DNA of 62,608 bases, filler included, from Syncephalis fuscata S228 (Eukaryota > Fungi > Zoopagomycota): NCBI GenBank assembly GCA_025786725.1. It is 4 parts of 4 records of this genome, joined end to end, with 100 filler letters (N's around TTAATTAATTAA, not from the genome) between each part and the next. Parts side by side here need not be neighbours in the genome. Positions count along the whole stretch, not along the records: positions 1 to 14,054 come from JAHLTZ010000236.1; 3 more parts are not named here. One strand, 5' to 3'. Both the position numbers and the translations under genes were made by a program. Of the stretch, positions 1 through 14,154 are shown piece after piece (positions within the stretch are counted from its first letter, which is position 1; every line of letters starts with the position of its first letter). The notes under the pieces are model-generated. The model ran no database searches and was not told where the DNA came from. It saw only the letters and a list, made by a program, of their open reading frames with translations.

Positions 1-755
1 CAACTTAGATTATGAATTGATTTCTGCTTTTACTGTAATTATATAGTAATTAGCTAATGCTGAAACATGAACATTATGACGAATATTTTTGAATAAACTT
101 TTATGTTTGCCTATAAAAAGCTATTGAGTTTGTATTGTCACAGTAGAGCTAATATAATGTAATAGAGCTTGATCAGATGATAATAAAATATTACTAGCAT
201 AATAACAATGGTTTATTAAAAGATATGCACTTATGTATGTATTTATATAAGCACACGTTATCCGATATTTTGAATCTAGAAATATGTACATAGTTTAAAA
301 ACAGTAGTCAACAGACCTTTTAATCCAATTTATAAATATACGTTCATTCTCCATTTAAACAATAACATCAGCGATTTATTTAGTTAACAATGTACGTCTA
401 TATTATTATATACTACTCTATGGTATACTAGATACATTCATTTATTATATAACTCAAATATATAGTTTGATAAATGAAAGAGATAAAAGACTCAAATGTA
501 TTTGTAATAAATATAGAGAAGAACAGAAACAGCTTTGGCTAAAGAAAGACTAAACGAGTATATAGTTGTATATAAGATAATAAATATAGTTAATGTAGTT
601 ATTTTAATATATTAATATTTTCAAAAAAATTATGTCTAATTAATAGGTGTGAGAAATGGCAATTATTCATTTATTTTCCATTAATAACACTACAACACTA
701 CAACACCATATTTTATCTATTATTGCTACTGTACTATTGTCATCGCCTTACAATC

Positions 756-2016
756 ATGGAGAATTCAGCCAGTACAACACGGAAAAAGAACTACCGAAGA
801 AAGCCGCGTACCAATGAAGATACAGACGCAGCGGTAGACGGCGAATCACCAGCCACGTCCATGTTGACGTCCACGGCTGAAGAACCGACCAGGTACGTTG
901 TAGCAGTAGGCGGCACGCTATTCCATAACACTAACATAGCAATTATAGTGAAACAATTGAAGATTTATTAGAAATACGGCGTATGCGTAAACGTACACCA
1001 GGCATGGATACACAAAAACTACAAGCACCTTTAGAAAAGAAGAAAAAGAAGACAGAAAATAAGAAAGATGGTTCTAAAACGGCCGTCACTAGTCATGATG
1101 CAGCGTAAGTAGCGTTCACTGCTCACTCCGTCATAGTAATTAATAGTAACTAACCACAATAAATGAATACAGTGCCAGTGCCGAAACAGAAAAGAAATCG
1201 ACCCTAGCATTTACAGGCCAGACAAATATTGTTGATGTGGATAAACACATGTAAGTAGTTATTAAAAGTTATATAGCCAATATATTAATGTTATTATTGT
1301 GTAGGATGGCGTATATTGAAAAAGAGATGCGCAAGAGAAAGACTGACAAAAGCACCCCTACCAATGATACAGAGAATAGAGACGATAACCACGACGATAA
1401 TAGTGACAACGACAACGACGATGAAGAAGAAAAGGATACAACGGCTCCTAATATACTTGATCCATTCTATGCGTTGTATGTAGCATCAGAACAAGCAAAG
1501 GTAGCTAATTCATACAAATATTACGTAAACACGATTAACACCGTAACCATCATACTAGATGAATATCAATAAGAACAAAGATAAAGAAGGCAGTTTAACA
1601 AGCTCATCTACTATGCTTACTCAAGTACAAGAAGTCGATCTAGGCATGGAGTAAGTAGTAGCTAGCTATTCTATTGTATTGGTTATGATTAACATTTGCA
1701 TTTAATAGTGCTCGATTGCGTAATATTGAAGAAACAGAAAGGGCAAAACGTAAACTACAAGAAGACGCTAAATCATCAGTAAGTAATAAGTATTTGTTAT
1801 TAATATAACATAAACTAATAGCATACCAATAGAATATTATGAATAATGTTCCTTCTCACCGATGTAAGTAATTTATTATTTAATTAGATATGATATTAAT
1901 ATATATGTATATGTGGTATTATAGTCTTCCAACATAGACTGAATATACAATCTAGTAGTCACTCATCAGATCAACAAATGGTCGATCGATTCCGTAAAAT
2001 ACAACGTCGCCGTTAA
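756..2016 (+). CDS. C9orf78/HCA59 (TLS1-like) spliceosome-associated protein, multi-exon
   Basis: Manual exon joining at GT-AG sites gives LLEIRRMRKRTPG, FTGQTNIVDVDKHM-MAYIEKEM, QEVDLGM-ARLRNIEETERAKRKL and SSDQQMVDRFRK, which match Hep_59 family motifs. Confidence 0.8.
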
Positions 2017-2241
2017 TACCCACACCAATCATATCAATCATAAACTATTTGATCGAATGAGCCAGTGACAAATTTATTAATCATGGCCACACACACACAC
2101 ACACATTAAACTCTTTCATTCACTCTTTCATTCACAAATACGAATCATAAAAACGACATGGTTTATCTTTTCCATAGGACGCAGCAGTTATTATAATAGT
2201 GATGGTGACAATGTGACCACCAAATGGATAACACAGATATA

Positions 2242-3838
2242 CTATGGTCCATCCATTGCACCATCATTCTGGTCATCGGTATTGTTGTGGTTATTGTTAT
2301 TACTGGTGCTATCATTGGCACCGGCTGCTTCATTGGCTGCATTACGTACAGGTTCAAAATACGGATGGGCCATAGCTTCTTGTGGTGTGAGTCGCTCCTA
2401 CCACCACCACCACCACCACCATATATTAATAATTAAATAAACACTAAATAGTTACATACCTGGTGATCGTAGCGCAATAGTCGGTCTAGAAAATCAATGG
2501 CCTCGGCCGAGTAATAGCGCTCATTTTCGGCATTTACAAATTTCTGCCATGGCTTTCGTGGATAGCTATACTTGACATAAGCACTATTGAACACACACAC
2601 ACAGAGAGAGAGAGAGAAAGATGTAAGACTTACCGTCCAAGTATTGTATCATAATGAGACTCCAATTCAATGTCATACTTGTCCAAATAGGCCATTAATT
2701 CATCCGTGCCCAATATTTTGGCAATCTTCACCAACTGATCATAGTTATCATGACCATGGAAGAATGGCTCTTTACGGAATATCTTTAACAAATGTTAGTA
2801 TGTATAGTATAGATGGTGCCTATAACTTACCATACTGGCAAACATACAACCAAGGCTCCACATATCAAGAGAATAGTCGTATTCCTGGAAATCAACCAGC
2901 AATTCCGGCCCTTTAAAGTAACGAGATGCCACACGCACATTATATTCAGTGCCTGGATGATAGAATTCAGCCAATCCCCAGTCAATCAATCGCAACTATA
3001 GTAAATGACCACAATAACCATATAATCAATTAGTTAACCATTTCTACTATCAAGTATTTACACACTTCACGTTTTTCATGATCAATCATCACATTATGTG
3101 GTTTCACATCTCTGTGCATAATACCCTTGGAGTGACAGAAATCCAGTGCCTTCAACAGTTCAAAGATATAATAACGGATGTCAAAATCAGTGAATTTTGG
3201 ATAAAGAATTTTGAAATCAATATTATTGACTTGTTCAAACACAAGTGCGGGTGTCTTGGACTATTACACTGTATTAGTATACAACACTATTGTTGATGGC
3301 GACAACTTACGTGTGGATCTCTTACGACATCGAGTAGTTTAATCACATTGGGACCACCACTTAGATTTTGTAGAATGCGTATTTCTCGCTTAATCTTCTT
3401 CTTTTTGACAGGTTTGAGTACTTTAATAACACAGGGACGTGTGCCATCGGCAGTTACACCTTCAAACACCTCCGAGTATTTACCACGACCGATTTTACGT
3501 ACAACTTCATAGTTTTCCTGAGATCTAATAGAATAAACCATTATAATGAGTGATCGTATGGACATATGCATGCATTAATCTATATCAACTGTCCTATTTA
3601 TGCAATAGCCACTGCCTATGTGCATATAAATACAGATCATGCTGATTCATGGTCAAAGCCCTTGATTCTATCGCTATGACCATGCACTCAATAGACCCAC
3701 TCCATACTATTATTATGGTTATTACACATAGTGGAGTACTTACCCCCAGACTGGTGTGAAATTGTCATAATCCCAGTATTCCCTGGGCATCTGCTGGTTA
3801 ACGTTGGCATAGACCCGCGCTACACTTCTGGTCGACAT
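2242..3838 (-). CDS. CKA1: Casein kinase II catalytic alpha subunit, multi-exon
   Basis: [81 protein letters not shown] and LLRYDHQERLT..AMAHPYF. Confidence 0.97.
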
Positions 3839-4545
3839 GATGATTGTACTATAGCTATTGATTGACTACCACCCTACACACTAAATAGTTCTATATTGAC
3901 ATATAGTTATAGAGGTGTTAGTTAAAGATCCAAGCGTCTATTTTTAGATTCATAGCCATCCAATCAAGATCTGATCTACTCTATCTTTATTGATTGACTG
4001 CCTGGTAATCTAGACATAGCTTACCAATTCACGTATGTTGGTTCACTTTGTGTGTGTATGGTGTGGTGTGGTGGGTGAGCGAGTGTTGGTGGGTGGGTGG
4101 GTGAAGGAAGAAGAATGTTTTTAGTCTTATCAATCAATAAAAAGGAAAGAATACTTGAGCCCCAAAGCCCATTCAATAATATAGGAAAGGAAAGGAAGGA
4201 CACACCCGTTAACAACGACAGAGATACAGCATTGAAGTAGGCTGACGTAAGTAATAAGTAGTAATGCCCAAGTACAAACAATAGAATCAAAGATAGAAAG
4301 CAGAAAGAAGGATGGATATGAAGATGTGAATAGAAAATCAATAAAATTAATACATATATATATTATGTTATAGACCTTTTTTACTAGTTATTTTCTCTTG
4401 TAATTGGATATGAATACAGCAATACAATTGTTTTATTGTTCTTATCTAGTATGGTTATGATAAGTGGGACTAATAATAGTAGTGGACAAGCCATTATTAC
4501 GTATGGATAAAGCAAATATTCGTTGATATAATGGCTTGGATGATA

Positions 4546-4585
<40 letters not shown>

Positions 4586-4918
4586 AGTTAGCAGTATTAT
4601 CCTAAGCCACCTTTAATTTAATTAACTAATTAATTAACTAATATAATTCGATGATTATAACTAGAATAATTTATAAAGTTTAATTTGTCTACTCCGATAG
4701 TTAATTATAAACACCGATTGCTTGCTTTTTATTTTATTTTATAAAAATATTCACAGCATCGATATTTGTGTATACACACACCTTCACTACTCGCTTATTT
4801 CTTTTGCTACATTGTATTTGATTGTTGGTCGAGTGTAGATATAAGCATCTATCTTATACTACTATTACTACTACTCCTACTCCTACTACTACTATTCATT
4901 GTGGTCTGTAGTTACAAT

Positions 4919-5260
4919 GTAAGTAGTAGAAACTATAGATAGAAATGATACCTTTGATGTATCTCTTTCTACTGACACGCACGTGTTAATAAATGATTGC
5001 TCTATTGGTGGTGTGGTTAGCTGTGTTCCGGTTGGGGCAAATAGTGGCATGGACACTGAAACATGACGAATAAAAAGTGCGTAAAAATAAAAGTACGCCA
5101 TAGTGGATGTTTATGGTTCGCTATCGCTATCGTTATTGTTATTGTTTTGTTATTGTTTAGCGGTATCTTTTAATTAATAGCGACTATATCACTTTATGAT
5201 TTGCTATTAACTAGCTACTATTAACTACTAACGGTAGCATCTATATTATCATTATTACAG
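4919..5260 (+). other. Probable 5'-UTR intron of the choline/ethanolamine phosphotransferase gene
   Basis: GTAAGT donor at 4919, perfect TACTAAC branch point at about 5226, and CAG acceptor at 5260, 81 nt upstream of the ATG. Confidence 0.5.
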
Positions 5261-5341
5261 ATAGTGCAGCCGTTATATATCACTGTTGATTCTACGTCTT
5301 TAGCTCATTCAGCTTATTGTTAGCGTATTGCAGTTACCACT

Positions 5342-6680
5342 ATGGCTAAAGCCGGTCAATCTTACGTCTCTAAAGAGGCACTAGAAAACTTGAAATACTA
5401 TAAATATGCAGCCATCGATCGGTCCTATGTAACTAAATACGTGCTCCGTCACTATTGGGAGTGGGCCACGACACTGTTTCCACTCTGGATGGCGCCAAAT
5501 CTTATTACACTTTGTGGATTTGGTTTTGTATTGATCAATGTAGCGTTTATTATTGCGCTTATTCCTGATCTGGCTGGACCCGGTCCTTCTTGGTTGTACT
5601 TTTCGTTTGCCGCGGGCATTTGGCTCTACTCCACCTTCGATAACGTCGATGGCAAGCAAGCACGCCGCACCGGCACTTCATCACCCTTGGGTAAGCACGG
5701 CTAATACTATATACTACAGTGTATTAATAGGCGGTGGATAGGTGAATTGTTTGATCATGGTTGTGATGCACTGAATTGCTCTTTCGGCGCACTTGTTCAA
5801 GCTGCAGGCATGGGATTCGGTCACACGTGGTATACGGTATTTATCGTGGCATTGACCACCACACCGTTCTACTTCTCTACTTGGGAAGAATACCATACGG
5901 GTGTGCTGTATCTGGGCTATGTTAACGGTCCTACTGAAGGCCTTATTATTTCTTGTGCGGTGCTTATTGCTTCGGGTATTTATGGGCCTGGCATTTGGTT
6001 TGAATCATTCCATAAAGTATTGGGTGGCACACTACCTCAAATAGTACTCGACTATGTACCGACTGATTTTATTATGGCCGATATGATGGTGGCCAGTATG
6101 CTATTTATGCTTATTTTTACTCAGCTGCCTGCTAGGTAAGTATTGAGTTTATAATGATTCTATTATATTGATACGCTATTCTATTAGTTTGTATGGTGTT
6201 TATAATGCGTGTCGTCGCAAGGGAACGAGCTTTACTGCGGCATTGGCCGAACTTGTACCAATGGCAGTCTATTTGGTGGCTGTTATAAGCTGGGTACTAT
6301 CGCCGTATTCGTCTATTCTACCCGATGGCCATCTTAGCATATTCATTATTGCTGTGGGTCTAGTGTTCGGTCGAGTGGCCACAAAGATTATTCTAGCTCA
6401 TCTTACGCGTATGCCCTTCCCGTGGTTCACCGTTATGATGATTCCAATGGCGGGTGGCAGTTTATTGGTCAATGCACCTCTTCTACTTAACGGACAGGTG
6501 CTATTGTCACCACAGCAAGAATACTACTATTTGATTGGTTTTACAGCATTTGCCGCTATTGCTTATGGTCATTGGGCTCTACTCGTGATTGATCGATTCT
6601 GTGAACATTTAGGCATCCGCTGCTTAAAGATTCCCTATCCTAATGCTGCTTCCGCTCCAAAGGAAAAGAAGGCCCAATAG
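5342..6680 (+). CDS. CPT1: Choline/ethanolamine phosphotransferase (CDP-alcohol phosphatidyltransferase, CPT1/EPT1 family), 3 exons
   Basis: [35 protein letters not shown] (CDP-alcohol phosphotransferase motif), WEEYHTGVLYLG and multiple TM helices. Confidence 0.95.
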
Positions 6681-6844
6681 CGATACTGTGATGGGTAAGG
6701 ATATAAAAGACATGAGTTTTACAGGTCATCTTTCTTAGTTCTTCGCTCTTTTGTTCTTAATTTAAAGAATAGAGAAAAAGAATTTAAAATAAATCATTAA
6801 TTGATAAACAATTAGCCATCAATTATTTGTTTATTTATTTACTA

Positions 6845-8332
6845 CTAAGTAGATTTAGGCTTGAAATAATTACGAAGTGACATCGTTCCTTTAGGAGGCA
6901 CAGCTTTCTTGGCATTATTATCGGTACTTTTAGTCTTATTAGCACCATTAGCAGTAGCAGTCGATGTTGTCTATATCATTTGGTTATTTAATATAAATTA
7001 ATTAATATACATCAATCTACCTTTCGACGGCCCTTTCCCTCTGATACTACAGTTTTGGTCTCTGTTGCAGCTTGGTGCACTTTTTGTCGTCTAAATTTCA
7101 CCAACAATGCTTCTACACTGCTTAAACTGTAAATAATATTAATAACTCGTTGATATTCATTATTGTACACTTACTTGTAGGCTGCACGTAATAGTGTTCT
7201 CCATTTATCGGATAGATAGTCATCAATAAGTGTCATAGATAACCAAATACGCAACGCTATATTACAGATAAATAGCTGTAAATGACACCAAATGTATTAA
7301 TTACCTTGACGTTCCTCATCCGTATCTGATGGTGTACATGATGCAGTCTGGTTGTTATTAACATTCAAGTAACTGCGTTCCATTTGTATTAATGTAGTAA
7401 AATTGTCAAAATGTTGTACAATACGATCAATCTTAATATTTGTAATACCATTGTTATATTAGATTAACCAAATATTTAATTTACTACACTTACTTTATGT
7501 TTTAACCATGTAATAACACGCTGATCATTTAACCTATACACAGTTGTATAACCAGAAACATCTATACATATATACATATATACATATATACATATATATA
7601 TATATATTGTATTATTATATATCCATAATAGCAATTGTGTAGTAAATTAACTACCTTGCGTATCACAAATTTGACATAACGATTGATCTAGTTGAGGCAA
7701 ACTATTTAATACAGATCCTTGTCCATTAGCTACAGCCTCTAATATATCTTGCTGTGAACAATAGACACCCAGACTATCTCCAGTCTATTATTTGCATAAC
7801 TAAATCTAATTATTGTTCTGTAGAATATCTATTTACCTGACGACGACATTGAATCAAGATAGGTAGTAGAATAAATAACACATCTACCGGTGTAAATAAC
7901 AATAGACTACCATCTAGTATTTATATTAATTAACTTAATAATAACCATAATAGTATTGTTTAGTACCTTTCTGTACTGTATTATCTATAAACCAACTGGC
8001 AGGTATGTTGTCTGGATTTACATGCTGTATCTCCAACAATTGAGTGGCATCACATACATACTGAACAGTAATTCCTATATATATATATATGTGTGTGTGT
8101 ATATATTCTATAGTTATTACAAGCTATCTTTTTTGCTAATATCTATACCTGTACGTGGATGTGGCAGTGTAATAGCCAGTAGGTCAGACGACAACGACGA
8201 CAATCTAGTCATAAGCAGTTAAGCAAATACTGACTTGTAACTGCTAATAACCTGCCTGTTATTCGTGTTATCCGTGTTGTTGTTGTTGTTGGACACTTGC
8301 GCCTTTTTCTTCAAACAAATACGCGTCTGCAT
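6845..8332 (-). CDS. RNH202: Ribonuclease H2 subunit B, multi-exon (start codon approximate)
   Basis: Manual translation gives ITLPHPRTG, QLLEIQ..ASWFIDNTV, DGSLLLFTPVDVLFILLP, YRLNDQRVITWL and a C-terminal PIP-like KGTMSLRNYFKPK. Confidence 0.8.
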
Positions 8333-8548
8333 TCTAGTTAATAGTACGAGCTACTACGATAGATAGTAGAGTAGACGAAATAAATAACGCGTTGCTTATG
8401 GTGGTGGTGTGTTTTTTGGGTGAGTTGTGTGGGCGAGTGTGGGCGAATGGAAAACTGGAATTGAGTGAACGCCACTCCTACTTTTGGTTCCTCCTCTCTT
8501 TCCATCTGCCGAGACGACTACTTCGTACTCGCATCGATAGCAGCACCC

Positions 8549-9671
8549 ATGGCGCCAACTAAGCAAGCCGGTAAGCATCTCTATGCATTAAGCTGATTAA
8601 TGTATATACCATCTACGCGATGGATGAATGGATTAATAAGACAGTAATTGGGCTGTCAACCAGCACACTGAATGGATGGATGGATGGATATACGTATATA
8701 TACATACATATATTTATTCAGTCTATATAACACTATGAAAGAAGCGACTATGACTATCTATAGACTATGACTATGGATGGATGGATGGATGGATGGATAT
8801 AATGAAATACAAAAGGCGGGATATAGAGTTATGTAATGACAGAATGGCATCTGTATGAATGCAAGTGTCTATGTTATAATAGACCATGGATAACCTATTT
8901 GTAGTTGATACTGGATAATGAGTAGTGTCTATAGGCAGTATAGCTATTCTACTGAGTAATAGAACGAGTGACGGGCTTGTAGATTCATAACATCTATATA
9001 CTGAATATGGAATTCATACATGTACACCCTACTTACAACAAGCAATGTTATTCTACATTTTATTGTTTTATTAGGCAAGTCCAGCGAGAAGAACAAGGCG
9101 CTCGCCGCCCGCAAGGCCGCCCTTAAGGGTACCAATGGCACGTCTACCCGCAAGATTCGCACTTCGGCCACTTTCCGTCGCCCCAACACCTACCGTGCGG
9201 CTCGCAACCCAAAGTACCAGCGCAAGTCCATTGCCGGTACTTCCCAGCTCGACCAATACTCGATCATCCGCCAGCCATTGACCACCGAGAGCGCGATGAA
9301 GAAGATTGAAGACCAAAACACCCTTGTCTTTTTGTGCGATGTACGTGCCAACAAGCACCAAATCCGCGACTCGATCAAGAAGTTGTACGGTGTCCAAGCC
9401 TTGAAGATCAACACTTTGATCCGGTAAGTAGTAATGTAGTAATATAGGCTAGAGTGGATATTAATGGATGTGTGTTGTGGATATAATAGCCCTGACGGTA
9501 TCAAGAAGGCATACGTCCGCCTTACCGGTGACATTGATGCCCTTGAGATTGCCAACAAGGTAGGTATCATTCTATGTATATATATAGACTATATGTATAT
9601 GTGTGTTGAATAAGAAGCAATATAACTAATATTAATGTATTACTATTATTATTTAGATTGGCGTCATCTAA
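8549..9671 (+). CDS. RPL25: 60S ribosomal protein uL23 (L25/L23a), 4 exons
   Basis: MAP.. short first exon, then [48 protein letters not shown] and ALEIANKIGVI. Strong codon bias. Confidence 0.97.
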
Positions 9672-10456
9672 ATGCTTTTGCGTTATTTCCTACGACAGTG
9701 TGTATGGCGCATCTTTATTTAGGCGGAAGAATAAATACGCCTTTTGCCTGCATTATTATATTATTACTATTAGCATTATTATGATTATTATGATTATTAA
9801 TTAGTTGTTATTGACATTATTATTACTATCAAGTAGCTGTTGTTATTCCTATTGTAAGCAGGTAACATATGCAGGAACTGAAAACAACAAAGTGTAATGG
9901 ACAGCCTTACAAAATACAAGACATCTACATAATCACGTAGACGGTAAATAGATTAATTTAGTAAAACAAGTCAATCATACCTATATACGCTGTAACTATT
10001 CTTAATACTTTCAGTGTGTGGAAAGGACGAGAATGTTGCAATTTGTATATTAGAAAATAATAAAACAGTTTATTAGTATTTGTAGATATGTACTTATTAT
10101 ATATAGCTGCATTGTTATGTATTTAATGGCTGATACTTGTATGTTTCACTATTTTATTAAACTATCATATACAAGATAATTCTAGTATAGCTGTTGTATT
10201 AGTATAATGGAGACATATTGGATATGTTCAATGTCAAGTTAACGTTTGTCGTGTATTTATGTATTTGTGTTAATTACCCATTATTGTTAGTAAAAATGGA
10301 ATCATTGTTTTAAAGCATGACCTGTTATTATTACTAAATTATTAGTTATTATTGATGAGTTATTATAGTTGTATGGTTTTAAAATTTATTTAACGAAAAG
10401 CAATGACGATAAACAATAATAGAGGTTATCAACGATGCAAAGGACGATTGTTATTA

Positions 10457-11546
10457 TTATTCGGATTTATAGACGATGGAGATGGTGTATTTGTGAATGG
10501 CTATCAATGGTAGTTGGCGGTGTTGAAGATGGTGATGGTGATTGAGGGGATTTTGACCATTAAAAGTATTTGGCGTTGTGTTAGTGTTGTTGTAATGATT
10601 CTGTTGTACTGATGATGATGGTGCTGATGGTAATGGAGCGCTATTACCTTCATTACTGTCCAATTGGCTAGTTGAATCAGCTGGAATAGAGCTTGAAGAC
10701 GGTTCTGTTGATGGCTGAACATTCTCTTTGTCATTATTATTAGCTGGCTTTACTGATTGATCATTTTCTTTGTCGTTATCATTGGCTAGTTTTACTGACT
10801 GAGCCGATACGTATTTGATGGTTCAGTGGCCGGTTGTGGTGGCTGTGGCTTAGTTTGTGCACTATTCTGACTACCATCAGTTAATGGCAATGACTTGGTA
10901 GAGGTAGAACTTGGACAGATTGGAAAAGATTGTATTTTCATTATGACCGAATTCCTGGGTCCAATAAGGTACGTTATCTTTGGTATAGGCTATGGCACCG
11001 CCGAAATGCGTAAGTTACCGAGAATGTTAGCACGATGTCCGGGTGAGTTCATCCATCGCATCATAACAGTAGGGACATCGACCCAGCCATAAGCGACATT
11101 TTCGCCGTAGCGAACCCAAACGTTTTCACTGTTTTGGGCATCTACTCTCTGGCTCGGGGTGGGTTGACCGGCAATTGATGGCTCATTGTCTTTGCCTTAG
11201 CCTGGGCATTCGAGTGGATCTGCGCTGCTCGTGTTAAGGCAGCGTCAACACCAAGAGCAGACAAGCCTTTTTTCATACGTTCTCTATTAACACTACATAA
11301 TAAGTCGGTATTGATAGGTTGAGTGGTCACACCTTTACTCATTGCAGTCGTAAAGTTTGACTCAATACCAGAGCTTAATAATGCAATAACGATGCCATGA
11401 ATCAGTACAATAGCAACAATAGTCCCTATGGATGGTGTATTACTAGATATAGTCGTTTTTATCCAGTCCATATGGGATCTTATTGGGCTCGAGTTGCTCT
11501 TTTGATTGCGACCACCCGACGACGATTGAAAGAACGGTAGAGGCAT
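10457..11546 (-). CDS. CAP/SCP (PR-1-like) domain protein with an N-terminal hydrophobic segment and a low-complexity tail; contains apparent frameshifts
   Basis: LCSVNRER..GLSAL..LTRAAQIHS..MSHQ, then in a shifted frame YGENVAYGW..WMNSPGHRANILG, then in another frame HFGGAIA..YWTQEFG. Confidence 0.8.
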
Positions 11547-12366
11547 AGTGCTAACAAATTTAATAAATAAACAGCGTTATGTTACAACCAGTGTAGACAA
11601 ATTGGCAGCAGTGGATATTTTGAAACAGTAAACAAATAAACAGAAATAGATACGGATGAAATAGCAAATACAAACAGACCAGCTGCTGTTGTCGTTGTTG
11701 AGAGTGCAAATAATGAGAAAGTGTAGCGGATATTAGAAAAGAGTTAGCAGGGACATAATTAAGCATGCTTTATACTGATGGTCGCAGCGCATGGCGTGTG
11801 GTTACACAACAGTATCATGCACAAAGTAATGGCATGTGTCTACTAGTGATAAGGAGATTGTAAAAAGCGTGGTAGCTACCTTGAAACACCCAGTCGTATA
11901 GACTAGCTATCTCTTAAATTGTGCACCGTTAATTAGATGTATTAAGGGCGTTGGATTAGTTATATAGTAGATTTTATTAATGTATAAAATGATCACACTT
12001 GATAGCTTTTGTATATTAATAATAAGTACTACTAAATAATATCTTATAATGTTTTATATACCTGATTATATTCAGCTATGTATATACTAATACATGAAAT
12101 AAGATTGATAGCTTTTGGGTAGAATAAATGCGTAAATTCATCATTTATTTAAATACTAGTTAATGCAATTAACATCAAGTAAAATCCCCGCACACGTACT
12201 CCTATTATAGAGTCATAAATATAAACGAAACTATGCGACAAATAAATTACAATACGATATAATTGGGTACCACTCCATAGTAAATATACATTGTAGAATA
12301 GAAATATTTAATATTTTCAATAACTCAAATAACAAGAATAGTATTATGCTAATTCATTCTTTATTG

Positions 12367-13288
12367 CTATACTAGTGTCAAACGCTTCTCAATGTATTCC
12401 TTCCATTGGTCGAGTGTCCAGCTGCTACTTACACTGTTATCAACAATGCCATCCAGTAGACAGTTGGAGACACATGGACGCCTAATTGACGCGCATATTT
12501 GATGTGCCACTTCAAATCGTCGGTCACTTTATTGCCAAGGTTCTGAGGGGAGACATCGGTGGGCACGGCAAGCTCCGCGTGAATGGATGCTGCAGGTTTG
12601 TTCAGCACTTGGCCCAGCTGCTCGGCAAGCTGTTGGTACGTCTGTTCACGTGTGGCATTAACAAGGGCTTCATCGAAATATCTATACGTTAGCACATTCA
12701 GTCAGTTGAGCCACTATTGCTATTGATAGTAATAAATGTAAACAGCTTACGCTTTTTGGTTTTCAAATAGCGATTTGGCTATATCAAAAAACCTTTCTTT
12801 GTTGACTCGTTCCGCAGCCAATGCTGCCTATGAATTATCGTAATGTTAGAGTAAGGCAGGTCGATCGCCGTTTCAATGATTACCTCGTGCACTAAAGTGC
12901 TTTGTGGGTGCCATGGCTGAATCTGTTGCCGGAATATAAATTGAACTTTATTTGGATAGTTTGATTTTAGCCACGGCAATACATCCTACATGGCCGATTG
13001 TAATAATTTAGAAACTAATAAATATTTTTAATTTACGTACCTCGTTTAGTCTTTTGAAGAACTTTGCCGAGAAAGGACACTACACGGCAATATAATGAGC
13101 AAATGACTAGCAACATTCAGTATACACACTACTTACGACAAAGTCCAAATAAGCCTCCAGTACATGAGGTGCGTCAGCATTACCAAACCTATGGCCTTTA
13201 ATCGAGGTCAGTATCGGTAACGGCCATTGTTATTACTAGAAATAAAGAATATATTTATCTTACCTGCAAACCGATGTGGAAGTGTCAT
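12367..13288 (-). CDS. Thioredoxin-fold (DsbA-like) protein, multi-exon, with one apparent frameshift near 12452
   Basis: LEAYLDFVCPFS, FRQQIQPWHPQS, DLKWHIKYARQLGVHVSPTV and VSSSWTLDQW, a conserved fungal Trx-like family. Confidence 0.8.
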
Positions 13289-14054
13289 ATTCAAGTGTTA
13301 ATGATATGATAGTAAGCGTAACCGATATTCAAATGAATATAACAGAGCGACTAAAAACAAGTTGCAAGAAATGACAACAAGTAAAGGCACTACAAGTAGT
13401 TAGCAAATGGACAATAAGTGGTAACTATTGCGTGCTTGACTAAGTGATGTTAACATTACTATTTTAGCTAAAGAATAGTATAGTTATAAATGTAAACTGC
13501 TATTGTTACCATATTTGGTAATGGTAATTAATTAATTATATCACGTGATTCATTTACACCTGTATGCTTTACTATATCTCCACGACCAAACACATGTATA
13601 GTACCCGGATTAATTTGTTTTTTAGTAATCTAAAAGACAAATTAATTTTACTAAAATTAATCAATTCCGTAAAAAAACAAATTTCTAATTACCTGTGTTA
13701 CAAAGGAAAGAATTGAACAAAATCTATATTCTCACCTTTTATTATTGCCAATTATCTTAGCTCTATACTACTAATAAAATAAAATCATATGCTTATACTT
13801 TGATTCAATATTAATTTTATAGGGCTTTCAAAAGTGATATAACTTTAATTATTAATTTATTATTTACTATAGATAAAACAGCAACAACGTAAAAGCACCA
13901 ATATTAATAATACATTTACAGTGTTTCAGCTAAATTGTGTCATTTAATTCTGAATTAAGTTGTTTTTATTTGTTTGTATTAAGTTATTGAATTACTAATG
14001 AGCAACTTATTAACAATTTATATAGTCTTGGTTTTAAATGGTTATAGTAATACT

Positions 14055-14154
14055 NNNNNNNNNNNNNNNNNNNNNNNNNNNNNNNNNNNNNNNNNNNNTT
14101 AATTAATTAANNNNNNNNNNNNNNNNNNNNNNNNNNNNNNNNNNNNNNNNNNNN
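14055..14154. other. Artificial gap/linker (N44-TTAATTAATTAA-N44)
   Basis: Six-frame stop linker embedded in Ns. Confidence 0.95.

Noticed and set aside
4545-4582. (TA)n, (CA)n, (TACA)n and (GGAT)n microsatellites here and elsewhere
   Set aside because: Ordinary simple repeats in AT-rich intergenic and intronic DNA.
8571-9074. snoRNA in the long RPL25 first intron
   Set aside because: Only GGAT and TA microsatellites are evident, with no convincing C/D or H/ACA box pair.
14055-14154. TTAATTAATTAA motif recurring three times in the window
   Set aside because: It is an artificial six-frame-stop linker inside N runs. Adjacency across linkers cannot be interpreted biologically.
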